A stretch of DNA of 62,481 nt, the filler included, from Catajapyx aquilonaris (taxonomy: Eukaryota), in the NCBI GenBank assembly GCA_000934665.2. It is 4 parts of 4 records of this genome, joined end to end, with 100 filler letters (N's around TTAATTAATTAA, not from the genome) between each part and the next. Parts side by side here need not be neighbours in the genome. Positions count along the whole stretch, not along the records: positions 46,947 to 62,481 come from JYFJ02007474.1; 3 more parts are not named here. One strand, 5' to 3'. The translations under genes and the position numbers were made by a program. Below the pieces are notes generated by a model, which had not been told where the DNA came from, did no database searches, and saw nothing but the letters and a program-made list of their open reading frames with translations. Shown piece after piece: positions 51,593 through 62,399 of the stretch. Each line of letters starts with the position of its first letter. Position 1 is the first letter of the stretch.

Positions 51593-52164
51593 CGAGGGCG
51601 GTACCAAAATTATTTACAATTTGTTTTTTGACACAGACACAACGCCCACGCAGGTCAGAAATTAGGCATACATTATAGATAGAATCCTCCTGGAGCAGAA
51701 TTCACTGGCACTGGTCAACCTCTCCAGGCCCTCCAGGAACCACTTTTTGGTGGTGCGGCGCACCGACTCCCGGACAGCTCTTCACAGTCAACAATGTCCT
51801 CGAAATGGCATTGGCAAAGGGACTTTTTAAATGTATTCGAACAGATGAAAGTCACTGCAAGCCATGCCAGGGGAGTAAGGTGGGTGTGGAAGCACTCAAA
51901 GCAAGATCCATGGAAAAATTCCTTTGCCGACACCATTTTAAGGCCATTGTTGATAGTGGCTGACTAAGCAGTTGTCTGGTAGTAGGTGCGTTGCACCTCC
52001 AAACAGTGGTTCCTGGGGTGCCTGGAGAGGTTGCCACACCAATGACTCCTGTGCATTCGGCTCCGGGAGGGTTCTGTCGATAGTGTGTGCCTATTTGCCG
52101 ACCTGCATGGTCCCTGTATTTTCGGCAAATAAATAAATTGTAAATAATTTTGGTACGGCCCTCG
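51593..52164. mobile_element. Palindromic mariner derivative made of two inverted 3' ends
   Basis: CGAGGGCGGTACCAAAATTATTTACAAT and its diverged reverse complement ending CTCG|TA. The left arm (minus) has PYSPGMACSDFHLF and WFLEGLERL; the right arm (plus) has frameshifted WFLG-LERLPHQ*LLCIRLREGSVD*. Confidence 0.8.
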
Positions 52165-52169
52165 TATAA

Positions 52170-52490
52170 TAATCCAGGGGTAGTGCTTGACCTTACGGTA
52201 TGCAGCACAGACCTTTATTGTGTCGTTGTACATTTTTGGAACCTTTTTGCAAAGCGCCCGGGCCCACAGGCAGAATGACAAGAGGGGATGTTCAAGGTGC
52301 AGTGCAATGTCGTTGCTGTGGTCATTTTGTGAACTCCCCTGGGTGGTTTGTCTTAACGGAAATACCACCCGAGACGAAGCCAGAGATGACTCCGAACTCT
52401 GCACAAGATGAAGGGGTACCCCCGGGCTGGGATTGAACCCAGGACCTTAACATCCGTGGGCGCATATGTTACAGCACCACTCCACCTCCC
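52170..52490 (-). mobile_element. tRNA-derived SINE, head type B, tail type 2
   Basis: Same head and core as the 49119 copy but a different 3' tail (AATAAAGG...GCACTACCC), shared with 55316-55668. Confidence 0.82.
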
Positions 52491-52612
52491 TAGGTAAACC
52501 CATATGATGGCTATTATAAGCTTGATCGGAGAATACTTTTGATGTTACATTCAAATAATTGAAGGGATGGGCGGCAAAAATATTGCTCTCCATTTCTGAC
52601 ACAATTAAAGTA

Positions 52613-52939
52613 CAGTAGAACTCCGATTATCAGACCTCTGAAGCTGTCTCACTTCAGCAATAATCTGTTTTCTTTTCAAATATTGTAATGTACTACGCAG
52701 TTATTTTGTGCTGTTTTAGTTGAATTGTAAATACAGTATACAGTAGAGTGTGTATGTAAATGAAAAATATTCACCATTTTTTAGAAAATGACAATATTGT
52801 ACATTATTTCATGTTTGTATGTCTTTTGCTGCATTCCATTAAAGTTTTCTTTGCTCCTCTTATTATTCAACCTATTTTGTGTTCCGACCATGCCCGGTCT
52901 CGTGGGTGACGGATAATCAGGGTGACCAGGGTTCTACTA
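52613..52939. mobile_element. Tigger-like MITE, degenerate
   Basis: TA|CAGTAGAACTCCGATTATC ... GGATAATC...GGTTCTACT. Confidence 0.6.
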
Positions 52940-53575
52940 AAATTGAGAAAAATGTGCAGCTTGGCTATCTACAGAATCTGATTCTTCCTTATTAATTTAA
53001 AATACTGAAAATTGTTCTCTCAACAAATCATAAGCACCATTCTGTGAAGATAGATTTCTTTATCCAGGATATTGAAAACACCTAAAATAGTTTTTTTTAG
53101 ATAAATATTTTTGCCATCCAGCCCTTCCATGATAAGTAGTAGGCCTAATCATTGACCAATGCAGCACTACATGCATGAAAATCACAAGTTAGATCCAAGA
53201 ACTATAAAAAATAACACTGATATCCTAAAAAATCTATTACTAAATCAGACATTCTTCAACAAAATAATTATACTGGAGAGTCTCTCTTGCTGTGAGGGCT
53301 CCATGAAAAATGGTGCGGTGGAATGAAATTAGAATGAGGGGAGGAGGAAGATAAGGCGGAACGAGTAGCTGAGGAGGCCTTAACACAAGGATGATGATGA
53401 TGATGATTTTTTTTTTTTTAATGTCCTAATTCATTCTTTGAACAAGGTTGTCCTCAATGACTTCTGGCAAAAATAGCCAAAAAAAAACCCTACCCTACAT
53501 CCACAATGCTATGAAACCATCAAGAAGCCTTTTCAACTTTGTGAGGTGGTGGAAAACCAAAATTTCCATGGTGTA

Positions 53576-53737
53576 CAGTGTTGGAAATTAATCAAGGCAT
53601 ACTGTTAGCGACATTTTCCGAAGCGGCAGAAGAAGGAATCGAAGAGAAGGATAGTGCAAGCCGGGTGATCAAGATTCCTTCTTCTACTGCTTCGGAAAAT
53701 GTCGGTAGCAGTATGCCTCGATTAATGTCCAACACTG
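53576..53737. mobile_element. 162-bp palindromic MITE
   Basis: TA|CAGTGTTGGA ... TCCAACACTG|TA with ~65-bp arms. Confidence 0.85.
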
Positions 53738-53742
53738 TACTA

Positions 53743-54505
53743 CAGTTGAATCCAGATATAACGGACTTCAAGGGACAGCGGAAAACATTATAACCTAGGT
53801 CTGTTATAGCCAAATCACAATTTTCAACGAATACACAAAGTTTTCTGCTTTCCATATCCTTATAATGCACACTACTGCATACTGAAAAATGAAACTGCAC
53901 AAAATTGCCAAATTAGCACCTATAAATTAGGCAAGACCAAAATATCCATAATTTCTTCTGCCGTCTCCATCTTGCCAAATATACCAGAAAAATTATTATT
54001 TTGACTTTTTGTGCAAGTGTAAAGGAGCGCCTCTCAAACTTGCTGCATAACATCATGGCTGACTTCATCTGAACTGCTTCACTCAGATTCGGGTGTAGTG
54101 GGTCCAAGTTTGGGAACCAAGGTCAGCCCTGTGACTCACGACAAACTATCTATTAAGACTCCCGGAGACATTGAACAAAGCACATTATTCTGTGGCTCAA
54201 CCTTGAGGTGCAAAACTTGCGAGCAGGAAGCTTAGATCAGTGACAGATGGAAAAATCACCCCAGGTCAAGTATGCAGTGCTTTTCTCACATGGGAAAGGA
54301 AGCTGTGTAATGAAAAGAAACATATTTTTGCACAGAGGGGGCAAGAAATGGTCTGTTATAACCAACATGAGGTGAAAATGAGTGTTATATCAGGAGTAAA
54401 AAATACACACTCAGGGCCTTATGGAAGTTGGTCAGGATCAGCCTTTCCAGTCTGTTCTAACTGAAAACCTGTTATAACTGAGGCTGTTATATTCGGATTC
54501 AACTG
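53743..54505. mobile_element. pogo/Tigger non-autonomous element
   Basis: TA|CAGTTGAATCC ... GGATTCAACTG|TA with GTTATA subterminal repeats; minus-strand remnant RRSFTLAQKVKII resembles the pogo/CENP-B N-terminal HTH; second truncated copy at 62400. Confidence 0.8.
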
Positions 54506-54764
54506 TATTATCATCCTAGGCTGCATACTGCGCAGTTGCATGGTTTGAAACGTGGTTGGAAATGGAATGGTTTAGTTATTTGTAGTGGGGGGCATGGAGG
54601 TCTAGTGGCGATGCTATTGGCCAGCCAAGAGGGAGGTCCGAGGTTCAAATGTCGTCCTTGTCATCTTCGCTTGGTCTGATCTCTTTCCACTTTTCATCTG
54701 ATATGCCCAAGCAGACTTGCACTCCCTTCTCTATCCAGGGTCAGGAGAAAAAGTCTGGCTTTAA

Positions 54765-55238
54765 CCCTTAACTACGTAAGTGGGCGAAACACCTTTAACT
54801 ACGTAGGTGGAGCCTGAGAGGCTCCAACGGTATATTTAAATTTCTGCTTATCAACTAAATTGTTATATTGGACTTTTCACATTCAGAAAGTGCAGTTCAG
54901 ATCATTAGGCTTCCAAAAACGTAAAAATCACACGCTGAGTCAGCATATTCCGCCAGGGACAATTTTTTAATTAAAAGGTTACATCGTGTTTGAGCTGCTC
55001 AGGCTTCACCTATCCTACATTGGTAGAGCCTGAGCAGTTCCAGGAGGGACCTGTTCCTCGTTACGAATTTTTTTCAACCAAACAATAGGTACTAAAAAAA
55101 AATTCTTTCCTTTTCATGCTTAGGAAGGTTTTTCTGACAAAGTCACGGAAGGACAGGGAAGAATAAAATTCAATGAAAAAGTTACATGCGTTTAAATAGT
55201 GCTTGGAGCCTCTCAGGCTCCACCTACGTAGTTAAGAG
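54765..55238. mobile_element. piggyBac-like MITE
   Basis: TTAA|CCCTTAACTACGTA ... TACGTAGTTAAGAG|TTAA, with TTAA target duplication and internal inverted GAGCCTGAG repeats. Confidence 0.8.
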
Positions 55239-55315
55239 TTAAGGACTGTCTGAAATGACTAGAAACTATAACAGCACCCTCCCTTGGAAACCTTCCCCCT
55301 CTCCATTCCCCTATA

Positions 55316-55668
55316 TAATATATAATATAATTGGGTTAGTGCACCGCCCTAATTGGGCATCTGGCACGGTACCTTTATTTGCTTAAGATGTACAAGCTTT
55401 TACAAGTGGTCCTTTTCCGTAAAGCCCGGGTACCGCGAGCGAAGGGGGAAAGAATAGGAGGGGATGTGCAAAGTGCAAGTGCAATGTCTCTAACGGTCAT
55501 TTTGTGAACTCCCCCGGGTGGCTTAGTCTGTCGGAAATTGCCACCCGAAATGAAGCCAGAGATGGCCCAACTCTGCACGGATAAAGGTGGGAACCCCGGG
55601 TGGGGATTGAACCCGGGACCTTAATATCTGTGGGCGCGCGCGTTACCGTGGTGCCACTTCATCTCCCT
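55316..55668 (-). mobile_element. tRNA-derived SINE, head type B, tail type 2
   Basis: Flanked by 14-bp TSD TCCATTCCCCTATA (55302-55315, 55669-55682). Confidence 0.85.
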
Positions 55669-56014
55669 TCCATTCCCCTATAGACCATGGCATTGCAGCA
55701 AAACAAGCTCCTCTGNTACATTTCCTTTAGGGGGGTGGAATACCACCATTTGGGTGGAACCGGTATACTAAGATAGTATTTAGTGTGTTCCAAGGGTAGG
55801 TAGGAGGGGATGTGCAAAGTGCGTGTGCAATGTCGTTGATGTGCCGTTTTGTGAACTCCCCCGGGTGGCATATGTGAAAGGATCGCCACCCGAAACGAAG
55901 CCAGAGACGGTCTCACTCTGCGCGAGATGAAGGGGGGAACCCCGGGTTGGGATCGAACCCGGGACCTTAACATCCGCGGGCGCATACGTTACCGCAGCGC
56001 CACTTCGCCTCCCC
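55669..56014 (-). mobile_element. tRNA-derived SINE, head type B, tail type 1
   Basis: Reverse-complement homologue of the 49119 copy, including the GGTGGTATTCCACCCCCCTAAAGG tail. Confidence 0.85.
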
Positions 56015-56268
56015 GTGCGCTCCTCTGGATATTGAATGTATGGTTTTAAATGAAGATACGTGCTATACCTCATGTGAGGTCCGCACTACCCAATATTATA
56101 AGGGCCATTCAGATGAAAATGGGCCACGGTCATGTAGCAAATTTCCGGATGGGTTTGTCGTGCAACATCTTGTACACAAAGTGTACTGGTACCAGTGTAG
56201 TATTATGACACACTGACAGTTGTCCATTTGATCACTGGACACAGTCACAGTGTGCTTTTGTTCAGGAC

Positions 56269-56996
56269 TAGGGTTGCCAGATGGTGTGTACAAAAAAACC
56301 GGACACATGTTTACGAATGTAAAGAATTATTTGCAATTATATGCAGCTTTGATCAACCTTTCATTTACCAAAAACTCTTGTTTAGCTTACAAGTTAGTGA
56401 AGGGATGTTTAAAAATCCCTCAGTTCATTTCTCACTATATAACACTTAAATCTGTTACATTAATCCTGCCACAGATTACACATAGCCATAACACTAAAAA
56501 TTCTTTCAACACTAGTATTTGAAGGATTCCCATTCAAAAAGCCTTATTTAAAAAAAAAAAATTGGATTTGGAGATTTGGAGTTTTTAATATTTTCTGGAT
56601 GCAGGAAATGAGACCAATCGAATGGAATATTTGAATGTTCCCCACAAAAAATGGCTGTTTGGCTTTAATATCAGTTTGAAAATGACGATTCCCATAAGAA
56701 AACATTTCATTATTTAATACACTCTTTCTCCTGATTTTCTCGAAATTGTTGAAAGTGGATATAAACCTTTTAAAATGGGAACCCTTCATTTTAAATCATA
56801 ACATCTTCACAGGGAGTCTCGAGGGGAATCCCAGACAGTCCTGGCAGCTGGCACAATGGCATTACCGTACTTCAATACCATCATTGGAAATAAAATATCG
56901 GACATACGCATGCTTGGTATTTCCTCAAATATTTTCCAGGACAAATCGCTGAAATACCGGACTATCCAGTTGAAAACCCGACACCTGGCAGCCCTT
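56269..56996. mobile_element. hAT-type MITE nested in the mariner derivative
   Basis: TAGGGTTGCCAG ... CTGGCAGCCCT(T) termini with (T)TCAGGAC target duplication. Confidence 0.8.
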
Positions 56997-57493
56997 TCAG
57001 GACCCTTCCCCCCTTCAAAAACACCATCCACTCAAATATGGAAGCAAATAATGCTGAGAAGCAATGTTGAGAAGCGAGCGGTAATCCGTTTTATAACCAC
57101 GGAAAGTGTTGGCAGTAAAAATATCCATCTCCTCATGAGTGCCGTGTATGAAAACTGGATGTCTTCCTCACGTGTTAGAGCCTGGAGTAAACGGTTCCGA
57201 GAGGGGCGGTCGTCGTTGACTGATGATTCCAAGCCAGAACAAGCAAACTGTTCACGCCAGGCTCTAACACGTGAGTAAGAAATAAAGCTTTCGTACACAG
57301 TACTCATGAGATGTATTTCTGTACTACCGACACCTGCTGTTCAAAAATGGATTATCACTGGCTGATCAACATTCGTTGCTTCCATATCTGACTGGTCGGT
57401 CTTTTTGAAGGGAGGGTGCTGAACAAAAGCACATTGCGACACTGTGTCGAGTGATTGAATGGCCAACTGTCAGTGTGTTATAATACTACACTG

Positions 57494-57842
57494 CACAGTG
57501 GGCCAGAATATAAAAAATCCGGTCAAAACTCCCATTTTTAAAGTAACGCAGCGCAAACAAACTGTGTTCAGTTTCACACTTGACATTCCACCGGTGTCAG
57601 CTTATGCTATTAATAAGTGATAACGGACACGTAATGCCTCGGATATAAAACAACAAACATGGGAAACGAGTCTTTGTTGGGTGGCCGGTCTCACAGCTGG
57701 CGTGCACGTTTGTGTTTAGGTGATCAAACACACAAGTCTGTGTTTTCTCGACCATGAAAACCCCTGTATCATAAATTTTGTCAAGAAAATGCAATTATTC
57801 TTTTGAGTTTTGACCAGCTTTTTGCAATTTGGCCCCACTGTG
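57494..57842. mobile_element. Transib-like non-autonomous element
   Basis: CACAGTGG ... CCACTGTG termini and 5-bp TSD CACTG (57489-57493, 57843-57847); it cleanly interrupts the host mariner arm. Confidence 0.8.
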
Positions 57843-58014
57843 CACTGGTACGACCTTTGTTTTGTGTATAAGATGTCGAGACAAACCCATCCAGAAATTT
57901 GCTTCCCGACCGTGGCTCGTTTTCGTCTGAATGACCCTTATATACTATACTAATAGTTACCGTGTCACTTTTAGAACTTAGAAGTCAAGAGCAAGTGCAG
58001 TAAAGAGGGGCCTA

Positions 58015-58542
58015 CGAGGGCTATACCAAAAGTAATGCAAAGGTGGACATAAGGTGATTCAAATTGCACATGCTGTTAGAGTAACTCTTCCTCTATAAAG
58101 ATGTGTCATAACCTTTTTCTTTCTGTTGCACATAAATAATGGATTCCAAGCAGAAGAAATTACCTTAATTGAGTTCATGACAAAGGAGGAGTGCAGTCAG
58201 TGATGGCAGTTGGTGGTTTCCCATTGCGTGGGTTGTCTTGAATGCTGGTTTCCTCTTCTTTAAACTTCTTCACCCATCTGTGCACATTGTTTTTGTCAGC
58301 GGTGTCATCTCCATAAACATTCTGCACCCTTCTCTGGATGTCGGACATTGCACCCCTCCTTTGTCGAGAACTCAATTACGGCACATTGCTTCTACTTGGA
58401 ATCCAATATTCACCAGCCATGAAGACAAAGGTTATGACATGCCTGTATAGAGGAAGAGAACATGTGAAATTTGAACCACCTATGTCAGTTATTTACTACA
58501 AAAGTTATGTCCACTTTTGCATTACTTTCAGTATGGCCCTCG
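58015..58542. mobile_element. Palindromic mariner derivative (two inverted 5' ends)
   Basis: TA|CGAGGGCTATACCAAAAGTAATGCAAA ... TTTGCATTACTTTCAGTATGGCCCTCG|TA. Both arms carry the start region (MDSK...); the minus arm extends through DIQRRVQNVYGDDTADKNNVHRWVKKFKEEETSIQDNPRNGKP. Confidence 0.85.
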
Positions 58543-58875
58543 TATTGGGAAATAGACCCATAGACAGAAAAGTGGTCATTCAGATCATACTGGGAAACAG
58601 GACAAAATTTCCATCTGGTATTCCCCTACCAGCAGCAAAAAAAAATCAAGGTACAGGTACGAGGGGTACCTGTACCTTGGTTTTTTTACGCCTTTTCACA
58701 TTAACGCCGGTTTGAAACTTAATTTTGAAAAAATATTTCATCTGAATTTTTTTTTAACATTTGAAAATAACAAAACAATCTACACATCACTGCAGCGCTT
58801 CTGAGTCCAAACCCACTACAGTATTGGCACATCTTTTATTTTGCGTTTTGCGTTGTGCCTTGACTTATAGCTATA

Positions 58876-59150
58876 CAGGGTGTTAATCCTAAGCGTGTCA
58901 CCAGAAAAGGTGGTGGTAGAGGGCTCATGTGTGAGCATTTTTGCATAAGGAACTAGGGGTCGGAAACGCACCCTCACCGAGTTACGCCCCTTTCAAGTTT
59001 GCGGCAGGTAGTGAGCAAGAGGCGTGCGGCACGTGGCGGAGTGGGTGAGGGTGGCTGCGTTTCTGACCCCTAGTTCCTTATGCAAAAATGCTTACACCTG
59101 CGCCCTCTACCACCACCTTTTCTGGTGACATGATTAGGATTAATACCCTG
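58876..59150. mobile_element. Tc1/mariner-type MITE (275 bp)
   Basis: TA|CAGGGTGTTAATCCTAA ... TTAGGATTAATACCCTG|TA with ~95-bp arms. Confidence 0.88.
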
Positions 59151-59171
59151 TATACAGTACTGTAATATTGT

Positions 59172-59510
59172 GGGGAGGTGTGGTGGCCGAGATGGTAACG
59201 TCTCGGCTTGCTGAGTGAAAGGTCCCAGGTTCGATCCCCGCCTGGGAGTTCCCTTTCGCCTGCGGCAAGAGGGTCTCTGACCCGCACCTTGGAGGTGTCT
59301 GGCAACCTAACTTCCTGGGGGGACATGGCGCGACATCATACATTGCACCTGCACAAGTGTCCCATCCCCAACAATCCCTAACCCTACCCTACATCCTGAA
59401 GTCCTTGCACGGTGATTGGAGAAAAATAGGAAAATTATTCTAAATGGTGGTACACTACAGACCCTTATCGGGTTGTCACGGGGTAATAGAAAGAACGAAA
59501 GAAAGAAAGT
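59172..59510 (+). mobile_element. tRNA-derived SINE, head type A
   Basis: A-box TGGCCGAGATGG, B-box GGTTCGATCCC, core ACATTGCACCTGCAC, (GAAA)n tail. Confidence 0.85.
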
Positions 59511-59692
59511 ACTGTATTATTGGTCTCTGTCCTCGCCGAAGTGCTCCACCCGTTGTTACAATGCACTACGTGTATACTGTAGTACTTGCCAAAGAAGGGA
59601 GTGGAACCCTCAAAACCCAATGACCCTCAACCTGGAACCTCCCATTAAATGTGTGTATTAAATGTTTCGAATACTGATTAAAAACAGCAATA

Positions 59693-60016
59693 CAGTGGCG
59701 CATCGATTATCCGAACTCCGATCTACCGAACCATCAGTTAACCGAACGTTTTCGGGTTGGCAAAAATTGGCCTTTCTTCCCCCTAAACTGTAGGACTACT
59801 TCATGTAAGGACAGTAAGGTGTAACATGTGCAGTATTTTTAAGACGCGCCTGTGACAGAAAATATACCGATTTGTGGTTAATATCACTGATTCTAAGTTT
59901 CATATTGCTCCTATGACACCGGTACAATTTTTCCCCGTAAATGATCGGTTATCTGAACAATCAGTTATCCGAACACCCCCTGGGCAGACTCTGTTCGGAT
60001 AATCGATGCTCCACTG
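59693..60016. mobile_element. Tigger-like MITE
   Basis: TA|CAGTGGCGCATCGATTATCCGAAC ... GTTCGGATAATCGATGCTCCACTG|TA with TATCCGAAC subrepeats. Confidence 0.88.
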
Positions 60017-61007
60017 TATTAGTAAGTCATTGTGTGTGGGAAATCTTGGAACCCATCTCATTTAGGCTTACTTCTGTACATTACAATTTGTTTCGTTTTA
60101 TGCCTTTTCACATTATGTCGCTATGTTGCTGGAACCAATCTCGGTGTAAAACAAGGAGTATCTGTATGGGCCAAAATTGCTGGGAGGTGCATTGCCCTAG
60201 TCTCCCGTTCCAGAATGGGTTAAGTGCTTACTTCCAGTGCCTAGGATATAATGGATAATGGATATAATGGGTGGTGATAATGGGTGGTGATAATGGGTGG
60301 CCTTCATGTAACTGCCTCCCATCAGAGTCAAAGAGGAAGAGAAGTCCAACATGATTTGGCTATTTCATATGGACATCTTAGTTTGAAAGTAATGGTTATA
60401 ACAGTCTGTGACAGGCCTTCTTCGGCCATTTTCTCCATCAAACAACAGTGTCCAGTTGAAAAGTTGACATGAAGGCAAAGGTCCATGCAAGGGAGAGATG
60501 CGAGATGAAAAATCGATTTTTCTTGCTTGACATTTAGGACACTGGTGATAATTGGGCACATATTTGGAATAAGTTCGACGTCCAACTCACAAGTTCACAC
60601 TGTTTCCTTTGCCGTTTCCTTCTTGCCTGGGCAGGCAATACTTGATGGCTTCTACTCTGCCTGTACTCCTAAACCTCTGCCATTAATCCACACTAAGCAC
60701 ATAATAAAACACGTGACCACATCACCACAAACACAGAGCCACAGATGCGATAAGGGCAGAGGGATCTTAAAGACAAGTACCGCTATTAGAGGAGATTACG
60801 CTAGTGAAACTTCCCACCGCCACGGCTCACAGCGCCACTGGGGACTACATTATAATATTGATATCAGTCTTTAATGCAGGCCAATTGTAATATATTTGCA
60901 GCATAATAATTAACAGTGCCGTCAAACGGGGTAACTTAAGCCGGGTGGGTATCTTAAGCCATTTTGCTGCGTAAATTTCGGACACTGATTTTGGCAACCC
61001 TGATTTG

Positions 61008-61275
61008 CCCTGGTTTTGAAACCAGCTACCACGGAGTGCAGCAACGCTGGTATGCTGGTCTGCTGGGAATTGGCCAATTCTGGGCCAATTGGCACTGTTT
61101 TGCTGGTCTCTGCTGGTTTCAAGTTCCCAGCAGACCAGCATACCAGCATATCAGCAATGATAGCTGGTATGCTGGTATGCTGGTATGCTGGTATGCTGGT
61201 CTGCTGGGAATTGGCACTGTTTTTCTGGTACCAGCATGCTGGTGTTTGCTGGTCTTGCTGGTTTCAAAACCAGGG
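61008..61275. mobile_element. MITE with CCC termini and TGCTGGTA subrepeats (possibly CMC/EnSpm-like)
   Basis: TG|CCCTGGTTTTGAAACCAGC ... GCTGGTTTCAAAACCAGGG|TG; possible 2-bp TSD; tandem and inverted TGCTGGTA units. Confidence 0.6.
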
Positions 61276-61418
61276 TGAGTTGACATGTTATTTTTCATGA
61301 CATAAGTTCCATATTTAAGTGCAGTTTTGGACTGCATATTTGAATATTGGGTTTGTGTCAAAGGTAACTTTGTAAAATCTTAATTATGTTTAGGATAATT
61401 GCACCATACATTTATTAT

Positions 61419-62206
61419 TAGATCAAAAACTTTCCCTTCAGTAAAAAAAAGAGAAGTAAGACCTCCGCGGCGGAATGAAAGTACTGAAACAAGGCAGGCG
61501 CACGTAAGACCTTCACCAATTGATTTAAGCTGTACCATAGGTCTTACTCAAGCAATTACCAATTTACTACTCATGAAATCTCCTTTCTGAAAACAAATTT
61601 GTGGAATTTCTGTCGTACTACTAGTTACTTCTAACTTAGCAGTACCAGTGTAGTGCAATGGTACTGCTATGTTAGCAGTAACTACAAACCTATAGTTAAT
61701 AGTAATAGTAGTACGACCAAAATTCCACCTATTAATTTTTCAAGAGCCACTCCATATTAGCGTTTTATGAAATATTAGGAACTTCAATATTAAGCACCTT
61801 GAATTTCTATGCGATTGGTGCGAATTATTTCCATGAAACATTCATGCAGAATCGGCACCCCTTTTAGATGCTGATTTTAACTCTAACGTTTAATTTTTCA
61901 CATGTAAACGTTAATTTGAGAATTCTCTGTCTTTTTCGATTGGACAAGGTCTGTTAGGATGGGTTTAGTTTTTCCCCCATTTTTTTCTTTTCATAATAAA
62001 ATCCTGCCTACTGCTCTGAGTAGTTTGCAGCAGTCATTTTACGAGACGTTCCATACCGTACCTGAGAATTGCTTGAGTAAGACCTATGGTACAGCTTAAA
62101 TCAATTGGTGAAGGTCTTACGTGCGCCTGCCTTGTTTCAGTACTTTCATTCCGCCGCGGAGGTCTTACTTCTCTTTTTTTTTACTGAAGGGAAAGTTTTT
62201 GATCTA
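61419..62206. mobile_element. Young long-TIR element (~139-bp near-perfect inverted repeats), unclassified
   Basis: 61419-61557 and 62067-62206 are reverse complements apart from homopolymer length; repeated GTAAGACCT motif; AT-rich non-coding interior with a hairpin. Confidence 0.8.
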
Positions 62207-62399
62207 TTTTCAGTTCTTTTTTGACAGTACACGTAACTTATGCTCTACACTATACAGTCTGCACTATGAATCCATTGGAGACGATTTTCGTCGCTTAGAA
62301 GTTCCTAAAATTATTTTCACAGAGGTAGTCGTAAAAAAACGAAAGTCGAGTGCTACCAGCCAACGGTTAGTCTGATTTAATTAGTCTGGCTTAATAGTA

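Larger units (their letters stand above)
56099..57940. mobile_element. Palindromic mariner derivative (two inverted 5' ends) carrying two nested insertions
   Basis: TIRs TAAGGGCCATTCAGATGAAAA / TTTTCGTCTGAATGACCCTTA. Plus arm NVEKRAVIRFITTESVGSKNIHLLMSAVYENWMSSSRVRAWSKRFREGRSSLTDD; minus arm MEATNVDQPVIIHF*TAGVGSTEIHLMSTVYESFISYSRVRAW. Confidence 0.82.
58654..60164. mobile_element. pogo/Tigger-like MITE (same family as 48708-49593) expanded by three nested insertions
   Basis: Segments ~58680-58800, 59515-59690 and 60017-60164 are reverse-complement homologues of the 48708 copy; ends ...AAAACAAGGAGTATCTG|TA. Confidence 0.75.

Noticed and set aside
27589..59250. tRNA genes suggested by A/B boxes
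   Set aside because: No intact cloverleaf or acceptor stem; each continues into a shared SINE body and tail.
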